A program made the translations under genes and the position numbers. A DNA stretch of 64,000 nt from an uncultured Acidobacteriaceae bacterium (GTDB lineage: Bacteria; Acidobacteriota; Terriglobia; Terriglobales; Acidobacteriaceae), in NCBI GenBank assembly GCA_963738905.1, contig CAVTYG010000007.1, positions 36,034-100,033 on the forward strand. The letters run 5' to 3'. How positions within the stretch are numbered: position 1 is the first letter of the stretch; each line of letters opens with the position of its first letter. The notes beneath the pieces were generated by a model. The model made no database searches, was not told the DNA's origin, and was given only the letters and a program-made list of their open reading frames with translations. Shown here piece after piece: positions 13,281-21,703 of the stretch.

Positions 13281-13352
13281 TGCTGGCCTTCACGCCAGCA
13301 TTGCAGTGTTCTTGATTGATTACCCGCGGGGACTTCAGTCCCCGCGATTTTT
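13281..13352 (+). terminator. two hairpins after ppdK; the second (CGCGGGGAC-TTCA-GTCCCCGCG, 13325-13346) is followed by ATTTTTA
   Basis: Read directly; a stem plus T-tract 50 nt after the ppdK stop. Confidence 0.55.
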
Positions 13353-13400
13353 ACGGGTGCCCACTCAAGCTGCTTCGTGTCGCCGCTAGAGAAGCTATGC

Positions 13401-13433
13401 AAAAACACGAAAGCCCGCATCTGCGGGCCTTTT
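13401..13433 (-). terminator. hairpin GAAAGCCCGC-ATCT-GCGGGCCTTTC with a T-tract on the minus strand (plus-strand AAAAACA 13401-13407); terminator for the 13467-14066 gene
   Basis: Read directly. Confidence 0.5.
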
Positions 13434-13468
13434 CTGACAACTGACAACCGACCACTGGGAACTGCTTC
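13434..13468. repeat. 7-nt periodic array CTGACAA CTGACAA CCGACCA CTGGGAA CTGCTTC, overlapping the stop codon of the 13467-14066 gene
   Basis: Read directly. Confidence 0.7.
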
Positions 13469-14066
13469 ACTGCACCTGCTGCAACTGCGCAATCAGCTTC
13501 TGTGCCAGATTATTTTCCGACTCCGACCACAACACACGACCGCTCAACTTGCAGTTGTTTTGCACGGCGAGAGTGAATGCGACTAGCTTGGCCACATTAA
13601 ATCGCACGTGCTCTTCGTTCTTCGCTGAAAGCTCAAGCCCTTCGAACAGAAACGGAGTATCCAATCCGAAATCCACCTCAATGTGCCCGTCGTCGGTATA
13701 GATGCCCTCATCGAACTGCAATCCGTGCGCCACGAAACGCACCGCGATGGGACGCTGCACCCACGCATCGCCTTCCGAGTCATCGTTCGGCACCCACAAA
13801 TCCCAGAACGCCTCGAAGACGAAACCGAAATCGTCATGTGCGAATTCGCCGGCGATTTCTACCGCTTCTTCCGGAGACACACCCGGATTGAAGCGCCGCT
13901 CCAGTACCGTCGGCTCCGACCACGCCACCGGATGCACCGACAAATATGTAATCCCTTCCCGCGTGTCGGAAAACAGAAACTGCCGCATCACCGACGCTGT
14001 GCGCGGCAGCATTTCATCCTCGTGAAAGCTGGGAAACCATAAACTGAGAAAAAGGGAATCCGCCAT
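13467..14066 (-). CDS. hypothetical acidic protein (199 aa)
   Basis: Normal amino-acid composition and its own terminator; no motif I recognise. Confidence 0.6.
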   Translation of the reverse strand: MADSLFLSLWFPSFHEDEMLPRTASVMRQFLFSDTREGITYLSVHPVAWSEPTVLERRFNPGVSPEEAVEIAGEFAHDDFGFVFEAFWDLWVPNDDSEGDAWVQRPIAVRFVAHGLQFDEGIYTDDGHIEVDFGLDTPFLFEGLELSAKNEEHVRFNVAKLVAFTLAVQNNCKLSGRVLWSESENNLAQKLIAQLQQVQ

Positions 14067-14121
14067 TGAAAAATTGTACCCCTGAGATCGACCATGGTGG
14101 CACAGACAACACCAAGAGGAA

Positions 14122-14173
14122 CTGATTCTTAAAACTCGGTGTCCTCCGTGCCTCTGTGGTGAATGTCTCTCGC
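14122..14173 (+). repeat. dispersed element copy A (..CTGATTCTT..CTCCGTGCCTCTGTGGTGAATGTCTCTCGC)
   Basis: The 25-nt core is near-identical to the copy at 15905-15929. It ends 10 nt before the msrA stop codon. Confidence 0.8.
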
Positions 14174-14183
14174 TGGAACTCTG

Positions 14184-14726
14184 CTACACCTGCGCCTTCA
14201 GCCGCGACGCAAACTTCTGCCGTATCTTCTTCACCTTCGGCGCCACCGCAAACATGCAATACGGCTGATACGGATGGTTAGCGAAATAATTCTGGTGATA
14301 GTCCTCGGCCACATAGAACGTCTGGGCCGGCTCGACCGCCGTCACAATCGGCTTATCGAAAACTTTCTCCCGCGTGAACTCCGCGATGACCTCTTCCGCC
14401 GTCTTCTTCTGTTCCTCGTCGAAATAAAAGATGACCGAGCGATACTGCTCGCCCACATCGTTGCCTTGGCGATTCAGCGTTGTCGGATCATGCGCCGTGA
14501 AGAAGACCTCCAGCAGATCGCGGAAGCTGATCTTTGCCGGATCGAAAGTGATCTCCGCCACCTCGACGTGCCCCGTCGTGCCGGTGCAGACCTGCTCGTA
14601 CGTAGGATTCGGTCTGCGCCCACCCATGTATCCCGAGCGCACCGTCTCGACGCCCTCGAGCTGCAGGAACGCCGCCTCCACGCACCAGAAACATCCCCCG
14701 CCTAAGACTGCTTTTTCCGTAGCCAT
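14184..14726 (-). CDS. msrA: peptide-methionine (S)-S-oxide reductase
   Basis: 180 aa; GGGCFWCVEAAF active-site motif; HDPTTLNRQGND. Confidence 0.95.
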   Translation of the reverse strand: MATEKAVLGGGCFWCVEAAFLQLEGVETVRSGYMGGRRPNPTYEQVCTGTTGHVEVAEITFDPAKISFRDLLEVFFTAHDPTTLNRQGNDVGEQYRSVIFYFDEEQKKTAEEVIAEFTREKVFDKPIVTAVEPAQTFYVAEDYHQNYFANHPYQPYCMFAVAPKVKKIRQKFASRLKAQV

Positions 14727-14802
14727 ACGGCGTTAGATGCAGGAATGTGTCAAAGAGTTCGCGCCTTACGTGACGGTGACTCGCGCGTCGACGATGAATC
14801 TA

Positions 14803-14837
14803 CAAGTGACCAGTGACCAATTGCCAGTTACCCTCTA
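14803..14837. repeat. 7-nt periodic array CAAGTGA CCAGTGA CCAATTG CCAGTTA CCCTCTA, directly abutting the GH16 stop codon (14838-14840)
   Basis: Read directly; reverse-complement relative of the AACTGGC array at 63303. Confidence 0.7.
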
Positions 14838-15731
14838 CTACTGCTTCTGGTAGACCCGCACATAATCCACTAGCATCTGCTGCGGAAACTGCGTGGTTGC
14901 ATCGGGATTCCCCGGCCAATCGCCGCCCACAGCCAGATTCAGCAAAATGAAGAACGGCTTATTGAACTCCCACGGCGACCCGCTCGGTAGATTCGCCGGC
15001 GTAAACGTTGCATACAGTGTGCTGTCGATGTAAAACCGCACCTGCTGCGCGTCCCACTCAACGGCATACAGGTGAAACCCATCGCCTAACGCGCCCGTCG
15101 GCAGCGTGTAAGCCGCCGTCACGTTGCCCGGAGCGTACCCCGGGCCGTGAATCGAGCCATGCACGATCGCCGGCTCTTTGCCGATGTTCTCCATGATGTC
15201 GATCTCGCCGCACGCGGGCCACGGGTTCGTATCAATGTCCGACCCCAGCATCCAAAACGCCGGCCACATCCCCTGCCCCTTGGGAATCTTGATGCTCGAC
15301 TCGAACCGCCCGCCCTGCTGTGAAAACAGCCCCTTGGTTTGCATGCGCGCCGACGTGTAATTGCGCGATACGCCGTCCGGCCCGGTGTAGTTTTCCTTCA
15401 TCGCGGTAATCACGAGGTTGCCGCCCGACACCTGCACGTTCTGCGAGCGCGTTGTGTAGTACTCCACCTCATTGTTGCCCCAGCCGTTGCCACCCGTCTG
15501 GATCGCCCACTTGCCGGCATCCGGAGCCGAGCCATCGGTCCCGTTGAACTCGTCCGACCAAACCAGTTGATATCCCTGTGGTGCCGGTGTTGTCGGCGTC
15601 GGGGTGGTCGTCGTTTGGGTGTTTGTTTGTGTTGCCTGTCCGCCACACGACATTGCGAGAGTCAAAGTAAGAAGCAAAATGCCTGCAACCGCACAAATCC
15701 TGAATCGAGAAGAGAGCATCACAAACCTCAT
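14838..15731 (-). CDS. glycoside hydrolase family 16 (beta-glucanase/laminarinase-like), secreted or lipoprotein
   Basis: 297 aa; signal/lipobox-like N-terminus (..LTLAMSC); catalytic GEIDIMEN motif; T/P-rich linker. Confidence 0.85.
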   Translation of the reverse strand: MRFVMLSSRFRICAVAGILLLTLTLAMSCGGQATQTNTQTTTTPTPTTPAPQGYQLVWSDEFNGTDGSAPDAGKWAIQTGGNGWGNNEVEYYTTRSQNVQVSGGNLVITAMKENYTGPDGVSRNYTSARMQTKGLFSQQGGRFESSIKIPKGQGMWPAFWMLGSDIDTNPWPACGEIDIMENIGKEPAIVHGSIHGPGYAPGNVTAAYTLPTGALGDGFHLYAVEWDAQQVRFYIDSTLYATFTPANLPSGSPWEFNKPFFILLNLAVGGDWPGNPDATTQFPQQMLVDYVRVYQKQ

Positions 15732-15781
15732 GAATATGTTGGGATGATTCTAGTGCACCGCCATGAACCCGCCATACCCTG

Positions 15782-15832
15782 ACTGAATTTTCTCTGTGTG
15801 CTCCGTGCCCTCTGTGGTGAAATGCTTTCGCC
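15782..15832 (+). repeat. dispersed element copy B (ACTGAATTTTCTCTGTGTGCTCCGTGCCCTCTGTGGTGAAATGCTTTCGCC)
   Basis: Aligned by eye to copies A and C. Confidence 0.75.
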
Positions 15833-15895
15833 GCGGACTGCGATGCCAACTCGTGTATGGCTGTTGCGTCGCGCGCAACGAAACGAGACGCCTGA

Positions 15896-15935
15896 GCTGA
15901 TTTTCTCCGTGCCTCTGTGGTGAATGTCTTTTCGC
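15896..15935 (+). repeat. dispersed element copy C (GCTGATTTTCTCCGTGCCTCTGTGGTGAATGTCTTTTCGC)
   Basis: Ends 1 nt before the stop codon (15937-15939) of the permease gene. Confidence 0.8.
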
Positions 15936-15936
15936 T

Positions 15937-16800
15937 CTACAGCCCCACTTCAATCCGCGATCTCGGATCGAGATAATCCCGCAATCCGTCTCCGATAAAG
16001 TTGAACGACAACACGGCCAGCATCACCGCTGCGGCAGGGAAGAGTACCAGGTGCGGCGCATCGAACAGGTGCGAGCGTCCGTCGTTCAGCATCGATCCCC
16101 AGCTCGCCGTCGGAGGCGGCACGCCCAGTCCCAGAAAGCTCATCGTGGCCTCGGCCAGAATCGCGCCCGCCATTCCAATCGCCGCCTGCACAATCACCGG
16201 CTGAATGATGTTCGGCAGGATGTGTCTTACGATGATTCGCGCGTCGCTCGCGCCCAGTGCCCGCGCGGCTTCCACGAACTCTCGCTCCCGCACCGCCAGC
16301 ACCTGCGCCCGCACCAGCCGCGCATAGCCCACCCATCCGCCAATGGCGAGTGCCAGCACGAGATTAAACAGACCCGGCCCGAGAAACGCCACAAAGGCAA
16401 TCGCCAGCAGAATTCCCGGAAACGACATGAACGCATTCATCACGATGACGTTGAGAAAGCGGTCGAGGAAGCCGCCGTAATATCCCGCAACCGATCCAAA
16501 GATGAGCCCAAGCGTGAGCGATGCGGCTACCACGCACGTCCCCACCAGCATCGAAATCCGTGCGCCATAGATAATGCGCGACAAAATATCGCGCCCCAAC
16601 TCGTCAGTGCCAAACCAGTGCCCCGCCGAGGGCCCCAGCAATCGCGCAGGCAAGTCGATGTTGGCCGGGTCCTGCGGCGCCAGCCAGGGAGCGAAGATCG
16701 CGCAAGCCACAAACACCGTGATCATCACCGCACCAGCGGTCGAGAGCAGATTGTGTCCCGCCGCCCGCCGCAATGTCGAAACCTGCGCCACCGATGCCAT
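15937..16800 (-). CDS. ABC transporter permease, OppC/DppC family (orphan)
   Basis: 287 aa; N-terminal ..FAPWLAPQDP..HWFGTDELGRD and an EAA-loop-like EAARALGAS motif, with multiple TM segments. No partner ABC genes are adjacent. Confidence 0.85.
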   Translation of the reverse strand: MASVAQVSTLRRAAGHNLLSTAGAVMITVFVACAIFAPWLAPQDPANIDLPARLLGPSAGHWFGTDELGRDILSRIIYGARISMLVGTCVVAASLTLGLIFGSVAGYYGGFLDRFLNVIVMNAFMSFPGILLAIAFVAFLGPGLFNLVLALAIGGWVGYARLVRAQVLAVREREFVEAARALGASDARIIVRHILPNIIQPVIVQAAIGMAGAILAEATMSFLGLGVPPPTASWGSMLNDGRSHLFDAPHLVLFPAAAVMLAVLSFNFIGDGLRDYLDPRSRIEVGL

Positions 16801-16872
16801 CGCTTGGAATCTTAGAACACTTTCTTTGTTACTCGTTATTCGTCACTCGGGACTCGTCCTTTTTGTTTGTTA

Positions 16873-16926
16873 TCCTCAGCGAAGCGCCGGGTGCCCCATC
16901 CTTTGCCATCTTTTGGCAAAGGGTGA
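16873..16926 (+). repeat. REP-like element TCCTCAGCGAAGCGCCGGGTGCCCCA plus hairpin CCTTTGCCA-TCTTT-TGGCAAAGG
   Basis: Read directly. The GGTGCCCCA plus hairpin design recurs at 60562 and 60668. Confidence 0.65.
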
Positions 16927-17009
16927 GATCGAGAATGTCCGAGTTGCTTTCCCCCTACATGCGCTTACAATCGTCTGTTTGCGGATACCGCAATCGGAAC
17001 CATCCGCCC

Positions 17010-18014
17010 ATGCTGCCCTTCAAACTGGTCTACAGCGAAAAATATTTCCTCCCCATCGGCGAGCACGTCTTCCGCGCCGACAAGTACCGTCTCATCCGCG
17101 AACGCCTGTACTCGCTGGGCATGGTCGATGACTCCGACTTCATCGAACCGCAGCCCGCCTCCGAATCCGACGTCATGCTGGTGCACTCGCCCCACTACCT
17201 CAACAAACTGATGGAAGGCAGTCTCACCGCGCGCGAAGAGCTGCAAATGGAGATCCCCTACTCGCCGCAGGTGGTCGATACCTTCATGCTCCATACCGGC
17301 GGATCGATTCTCGCCGCCGAGCAGGCGCTGAAAGATGGCGTCTGCGTCAACATTGGCGGAGGCTTCCACCACGCCTTTCCCGATCATGGCGAAGGTTTTT
17401 GCATGATGCACGATGTAGCCGTCGCTATCCGCAGCCTTCAGAAGCGCAAGCTCATCGCTCGCGCCATGACGGTCGATTGCGACGTTCACCAGGGCAACGG
17501 TACCGCCTTCATCTTCGGAGCGGCCAATGCTCAGCCGGGAACGCTGCCTTCGGCCCATCGCGGTTCGGTATTCGGGCTCTCCGGCGGAAGCATTCGGCAG
17601 GAAAGTAGTAAAGACGTCTTCACTATCTCGCTGCATCAGGAACACAACTACCCGCAGGTGAAGCCTCCGTCGTCCATCGACGTCAACCTGCCCGATGGAT
17701 GTGACGACACCGAATATCTTGCGTGGCTCGACAATGCCCTCAGCTCCGGCCTGCGTCAGTTCGAACCCGAACTCATCTGCTACGTCGCCGGAGCCGATCC
17801 CTACCGTGAAGACCAGCTCGGCGGACTCGATCTCTCGATTGGCGGACTCAAGCAACGCGACGAACTGGTCTTCCGTGTGGCCCGTGCTCGCAACATTCCG
17901 GTCATGGTGACCTACGCGGGCGGCTATGCCATCAAAGTCGAAGACACTGTCACCATCCACACCAACACCATCGTCGCCGCAGCCGAAGTTGAAGTGTCCT
18001 GCGGACGCCGGTAG
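17010..18014 (+). CDS. histone deacetylase-family protein (acetoin utilisation/deacetylase type)
   Basis: GGGFHHAFPDHGEGFC and DCDVHQGNGT motifs. I chose the start at MLPFKLVYSEKY because the longer 16773 ORF runs through the repeat element. Confidence 0.85.
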   Translation: MLPFKLVYSEKYFLPIGEHVFRADKYRLIRERLYSLGMVDDSDFIEPQPASESDVMLVHSPHYLNKLMEGSLTAREELQMEIPYSPQVVDTFMLHTGGSILAAEQALKDGVCVNIGGGFHHAFPDHGEGFCMMHDVAVAIRSLQKRKLIARAMTVDCDVHQGNGTAFIFGAANAQPGTLPSAHRGSVFGLSGGSIRQESSKDVFTISLHQEHNYPQVKPPSSIDVNLPDGCDDTEYLAWLDNALSSGLRQFEPELICYVAGADPYREDQLGGLDLSIGGLKQRDELVFRVARARNIPVMVTYAGGYAIKVEDTVTIHTNTIVAAAEVEVSCGRR

Positions 18015-18073
18015 AGCGGAGCTTCAGCTCGGCGTCCGCGCACCCTAAATTTTTTGAGCCGGCTTCAGCCGGC
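18001..18073 (+). terminator. nested hairpin GCGGACGCC..GGAGC-TTCA-GCTC..GGCGTCCGC spanning the HDAC stop, then a T6 run, then GCCGGC-TTCA-GCCGGC
   Basis: Read directly. The T run is not contiguous with the first stem, so the terminator call is tentative. Confidence 0.4.
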
Positions 18074-18164
18074 GACACAAAATCACCAAATCCTTGTTTG
18101 GTCGTGGGGGGCGAACGTAGCGCGTCGGAAGGTCTTTCGGACAGTCAGAATGCCCTGAAAACTG

Positions 18165-18182
18165 GTTATAACAAATGTTATA
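18165..18182. promoter_or_regulatory. inverted repeat TTATAAC-AAAT-GTTATAA, about 115 nt upstream of ffh
   Basis: Read directly; function unknown. Confidence 0.2.
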
Positions 18183-18298
18183 AACTCGCCACTTCCGGCT
18201 TTTCCACCTCTCCCAGCGCTTCTGCCGCTCGGTAAATCGGCCGTGGTATTCTGATGCTTCGCGGGCCGCCACAATCCTGCCGTGCCTACCGGACTTAA

Positions 18299-19657
18299 AT
18301 GTTTGAGAATCTTACAGATAAGCTACAGCGTGCCTTTAAGAGCCTTCGCGGCCAAGGCACCCTCACCGAAGAAAACATCAGCGAAGCGCTGCGCGAAATT
18401 CGCTTGGCTCTCCTCGAAGCCGATGTTAACCTCAATGTTGTCAAAGAGTTAATCGAGCATATCCGCGAGAAGGCGGTCGGCCAGGAAGTGCTCACGGCCC
18501 TCTCCCCGTCCGAGCAGGTCATCAAAATAGTTCGGGACGAGCTCATCGCTATCCTTGGCAAAGACACGGCCAAGCTCAAGTTCGCCTCGCAGCCACCGAC
18601 GGTTGTGCTCATGGCTGGCCTGCAAGGTTCCGGAAAAACAACAACTTCCGGCAAGCTCGCCCACTGGCTGAAGCAGGGCGGTCACCGTCCCCTGCTGGTT
18701 TCGGTTGACGTCTATCGTCCCGCCGCTCGTGAACAGCTCAAGGTTGTCGCGAATGCGGTCAAGGCGCATCTCTATGAAGGACAGGTAGATGAAGCCAATA
18801 CCGCCACCGTCGAGCGCCTAGTAAAGGAAGCCCGGCGCGAGGCCATTAACAACGCCTGCGACGTAATGATCGTCGATACCGCCGGCCGTCTGCACATTGA
18901 TGAGCAGCTCATGGACGAGATGCAGTCGCTCAAGAAGATACTGAATCCACAAGAGATACTCTTCGTTGCCGACTCCATGACCGGCCAGGACGCGGTTCGT
19001 TCCGCCGACGAATTCCATAAGAAACTTACCCTTACGGGCGTTGTGCTGACCAAAATGGACGGCGACGCTCGCGGCGGCGCAGCCCTCTCCATCCGTAACG
19101 TGACCGGACAGCCCATTAAATTCATTGGGTTAGGCGAAAAGTACGAGGCGCTTGAGCCCTTTCATCCCGATCGTATCGTTGGCCGCATCCTCGGCATGGG
19201 CGACATCATGTCGCTCATCGAGAAGGCCGAGGCCACACTCGACAAGAAAAAGTCCGAGGAGTTTGCCGCTAAAGCACTGAGCCACGAAGGGTTTTCGCTC
19301 GAAGACTTCCGCGATCAACTACGCCAGGTCAAGAAGCTAGGCTCCATCAAGAGCATCATGGGCATGATGCCTAAAATCGGCCCCTTCGCGAATATGCAGA
19401 AGGCCGCCGACAACGTTGACGAAAAAGAACTTACACGCGTCGAAGCCATCATCAACTCCATGACCCGCTACGAGCGCGAGCACCACGAAGTCATCAACGG
19501 CACCCGCCGCAAGCGCATTGCTCGCGGCTCCGGCACCAGTGTGCAGGAAGTCAATCAACTCCTCAAGCAGTACGCCCAGATGCGCAAGATGTTCAAAACA
19601 ATGGGAAAACCCAGCTTCGCCCGGCGCATGGCGGGTATGAAATTGCCGGGTATGTGA
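18299..19657 (+). CDS. ffh: signal recognition particle protein Ffh
   Basis: 452 aa; GLQGSGKTTT, DTAGR, TKMDGDARGG, and a Met-rich M domain. Confidence 0.95.
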   Translation: MFENLTDKLQRAFKSLRGQGTLTEENISEALREIRLALLEADVNLNVVKELIEHIREKAVGQEVLTALSPSEQVIKIVRDELIAILGKDTAKLKFASQPPTVVLMAGLQGSGKTTTSGKLAHWLKQGGHRPLLVSVDVYRPAAREQLKVVANAVKAHLYEGQVDEANTATVERLVKEARREAINNACDVMIVDTAGRLHIDEQLMDEMQSLKKILNPQEILFVADSMTGQDAVRSADEFHKKLTLTGVVLTKMDGDARGGAALSIRNVTGQPIKFIGLGEKYEALEPFHPDRIVGRILGMGDIMSLIEKAEATLDKKKSEEFAAKALSHEGFSLEDFRDQLRQVKKLGSIKSIMGMMPKIGPFANMQKAADNVDEKELTRVEAIINSMTRYEREHHEVINGTRRKRIARGSGTSVQEVNQLLKQYAQMRKMFKTMGKPSFARRMAGMKLPGM

Positions 19658-19665
19658 AGCAGCAA

Positions 19666-20040
19666 CTAGACGCGCCGTAGGTTCCACAATCCACGTACGG
19701 ACAGGATGACGGAGAAAAGCGCGGTCACCCCGAGCGCCAAAACTGTCCAAACAAAGAAGAAACCCCCGCTGCGGTGGGTCCCAAATCCGATTCCTGCCCC
19801 TCTCATATGGATGACAGGGACGACCATCAACAGGAGCGACCCGAGCAGGATGATGACGTACCCCGATTGCCGCCCGGCAAGCACGAGCGTTCCGTACAGC
19901 CAGACGACGCAGACGACCACCGCAAATAGGTTGGGAAGCCCTCCCGGTGACATCCCGCGGTTGATGTCGTCCGCCAGATGAAACGTGCCGAAGAGGATCG
20001 ACAGCAAGGACGTAATCGTGAGCAAAACGTTTTCTTTCAC
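19666..20040 (-). CDS. small integral membrane protein (about 4 TM)
   Basis: 124 aa with four hydrophobic segments; no known motif. Confidence 0.5.
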   Translation of the reverse strand: MKENVLLTITSLLSILFGTFHLADDINRGMSPGGLPNLFAVVVCVVWLYGTLVLAGRQSGYVIILLGSLLLMVVPVIHMRGAGIGFGTHRSGGFFFVWTVLALGVTALFSVILSVRGLWNLRRV

Positions 20041-20086
20041 TGGATACTCTCCTCGTCAGATTTGCGTCTGCCTCTTTCAGGCCATT

Positions 20087-21703
20087 TCAGGCCATTATTG
20101 ATGGTCGTATAACTCGATGAAGCTGCCAGGCAAAGGCTCCCAAGCCCAGACAAACCATGCCGAAACGGAGCAGCCCGCCAAGATAGGGGATGTACCCAAC
20201 GACGGCTAGAATCAGCAGACCCAGCAACAGTCCCAGCATCCAATCGCTCCTGCTCGATGCGGCAGGCTTCAGAAGCATTCGCCCCAGGAACGCTCCAACC
20301 CAAATTTTCGACAGGTAGATCGCAACCAGATACGCCATTGACAACATGATCGAGGCCGGCAGGCCAACCAGTGTGATAGCCAACAAAATGATGGCCACAG
20401 GCACACCCGCCAGGACCGCAATCCCAAGCACGAGACTGCGCCAGCCTGCGCTCACCGCATGCACACTGCCCTGGAAGAAGCCAGGAAACAGCATCAGGAT
20501 CAACCATCCCACCAACATGGCGGCAGCGAGCCAGACCGCTGCGAAGAAGTAGAATATCGGGTGTGTGAAACGGTTCTCCCTCTGGCGCACATGAATCTCA
20601 CGTGAGCCCGCGATCGTCGCGCCTTCGGCGATATGAACGTTCTTCACGTGGCGCACCCGAGCGCTCAGGTTGCCGCCGATTCGGGCCGTGTTCGTCACTG
20701 TCAGGTTGTCTCCAGCCATGGTCAGTTCGCGGCCGATGCCGCCGCTCACATCGGCAGTGCCCGCGTACACAGTCACACTGCGAGTCACGTCGCCCTCGAG
20801 GCTGACGTCGCCGGCGCCAACCACGATGCCCTCACCCACGCGACCTTTGTCGCTCACACGCAACGATTGCATCAAACCGTAGAGGCTGTGGCCCAATTGT
20901 CCGTCGAGGTCGAGCGAGTTCGAACAGTTGTAGATGTTGCCCTCGACCGTTCCGCTGACCACGATTCTCTTGGCAAAACTCACAAGGTCGCCCTTGACGG
21001 TGCCGCGGATTTCCACGGTCCCACCAAAAGCGAGCACGTCGCCATTGACGACACCTTCCACGCGCACAATGTTGCCGGAGGCCAAAAGAGTATCGTTTAC
21101 CGTCTCGGTCGCTCTGACGGTGACGATCTCGCTGTGACGCCGCTCGAGGGAGAAGCCGGGCAACGACAAGGCAAATATCATGACGAGCAGGCCGAGGCCA
21201 GTTTGGCGTAGTCTCCATCGGCGCCCCGCCAGCAGTGCACTGCCGCCCAGCAGCAACACCACCAAGATTCTTCCGACGACAGCAGCATATTCACTCAACA
21301 TGGCAGTACCTCCGTTTGCAAAGAAATAAGAAAGGTTGAAGATCACGTTCGTGCTTCCGCTTGCGCTGAATGGATTTAGCCATTCCAGAGATTGCGGGAT
21401 ACTCACCCCATCGATCCAAAAGGAAACGACCGAACCCAGCACCAGCACGGCGGCCCCGATCGCCAAGCCACTCCATGTCCACGACGAGCGCACACGGAAG
21501 ACATGCTCGGGGCTGGGTGCTTCTTCCGTCAGCTCTTGCAGGCTTTGGCTCAGAACACGGTTCTCAGCCCGTAATACATCCAAAAGCTGTCGGCAACTCC
21601 GACACGTGGACAAATGGTTACGCAGGCGCTGCGCCTCCGTCGCTTCCAATTCGCCGTCCACGAAGACAGAGATGACTTGTTCCGAGTAACATTCCATGAT
21701 CAC
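20087..21703 (-). CDS. anti-sigma factor: zf-HC2 N-terminus, TM segments, bactofilin-like beta-helical repeat region, polytopic C-terminus
   Basis: 538 aa; FVDGELEATEAQRLRNHLSTCRSCRQLL (zf-HC2); repeated V.G.V.GD/N motifs (VEGVVNGDVLAFGGTVEIRGTVKGDLVSFA..); ATGA overlap with the upstream sigma gene. Confidence 0.7.
   Translation of the reverse strand: MIMECYSEQVISVFVDGELEATEAQRLRNHLSTCRSCRQLLDVLRAENRVLSQSLQELTEEAPSPEHVFRVRSSWTWSGLAIGAAVLVLGSVVSFWIDGVSIPQSLEWLNPFSASGSTNVIFNLSYFFANGGTAMLSEYAAVVGRILVVLLLGGSALLAGRRWRLRQTGLGLLVMIFALSLPGFSLERRHSEIVTVRATETVNDTLLASGNIVRVEGVVNGDVLAFGGTVEIRGTVKGDLVSFAKRIVVSGTVEGNIYNCSNSLDLDGQLGHSLYGLMQSLRVSDKGRVGEGIVVGAGDVSLEGDVTRSVTVYAGTADVSGGIGRELTMAGDNLTVTNTARIGGNLSARVRHVKNVHIAEGATIAGSREIHVRQRENRFTHPIFYFFAAVWLAAAMLVGWLILMLFPGFFQGSVHAVSAGWRSLVLGIAVLAGVPVAIILLAITLVGLPASIMLSMAYLVAIYLSKIWVGAFLGRMLLKPAASSRSDWMLGLLLGLLILAVVGYIPYLGGLLRFGMVCLGLGAFAWQLHRVIRPSIMA

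Noticed and set aside
16965-17960. 331-aa minus-strand ORF opposite the HDAC-family gene. The same applies to 16051-16815(+), 3973-4944(+), 31228-32031(+), 39580-40416(-), 55599-56540(-), 25568-26215(-) and 26318-27016(-).
   Set aside because: Each lies antisense to a gene with clear family motifs and none has a recognisable motif of its own.
18045-18274. Small minus-strand ORFs (75 and 63 aa) in the spacer upstream of ffh
   Set aside because: They overlap each other in different frames, are R/K/W-rich, have no SD, and traverse hairpin repeats.
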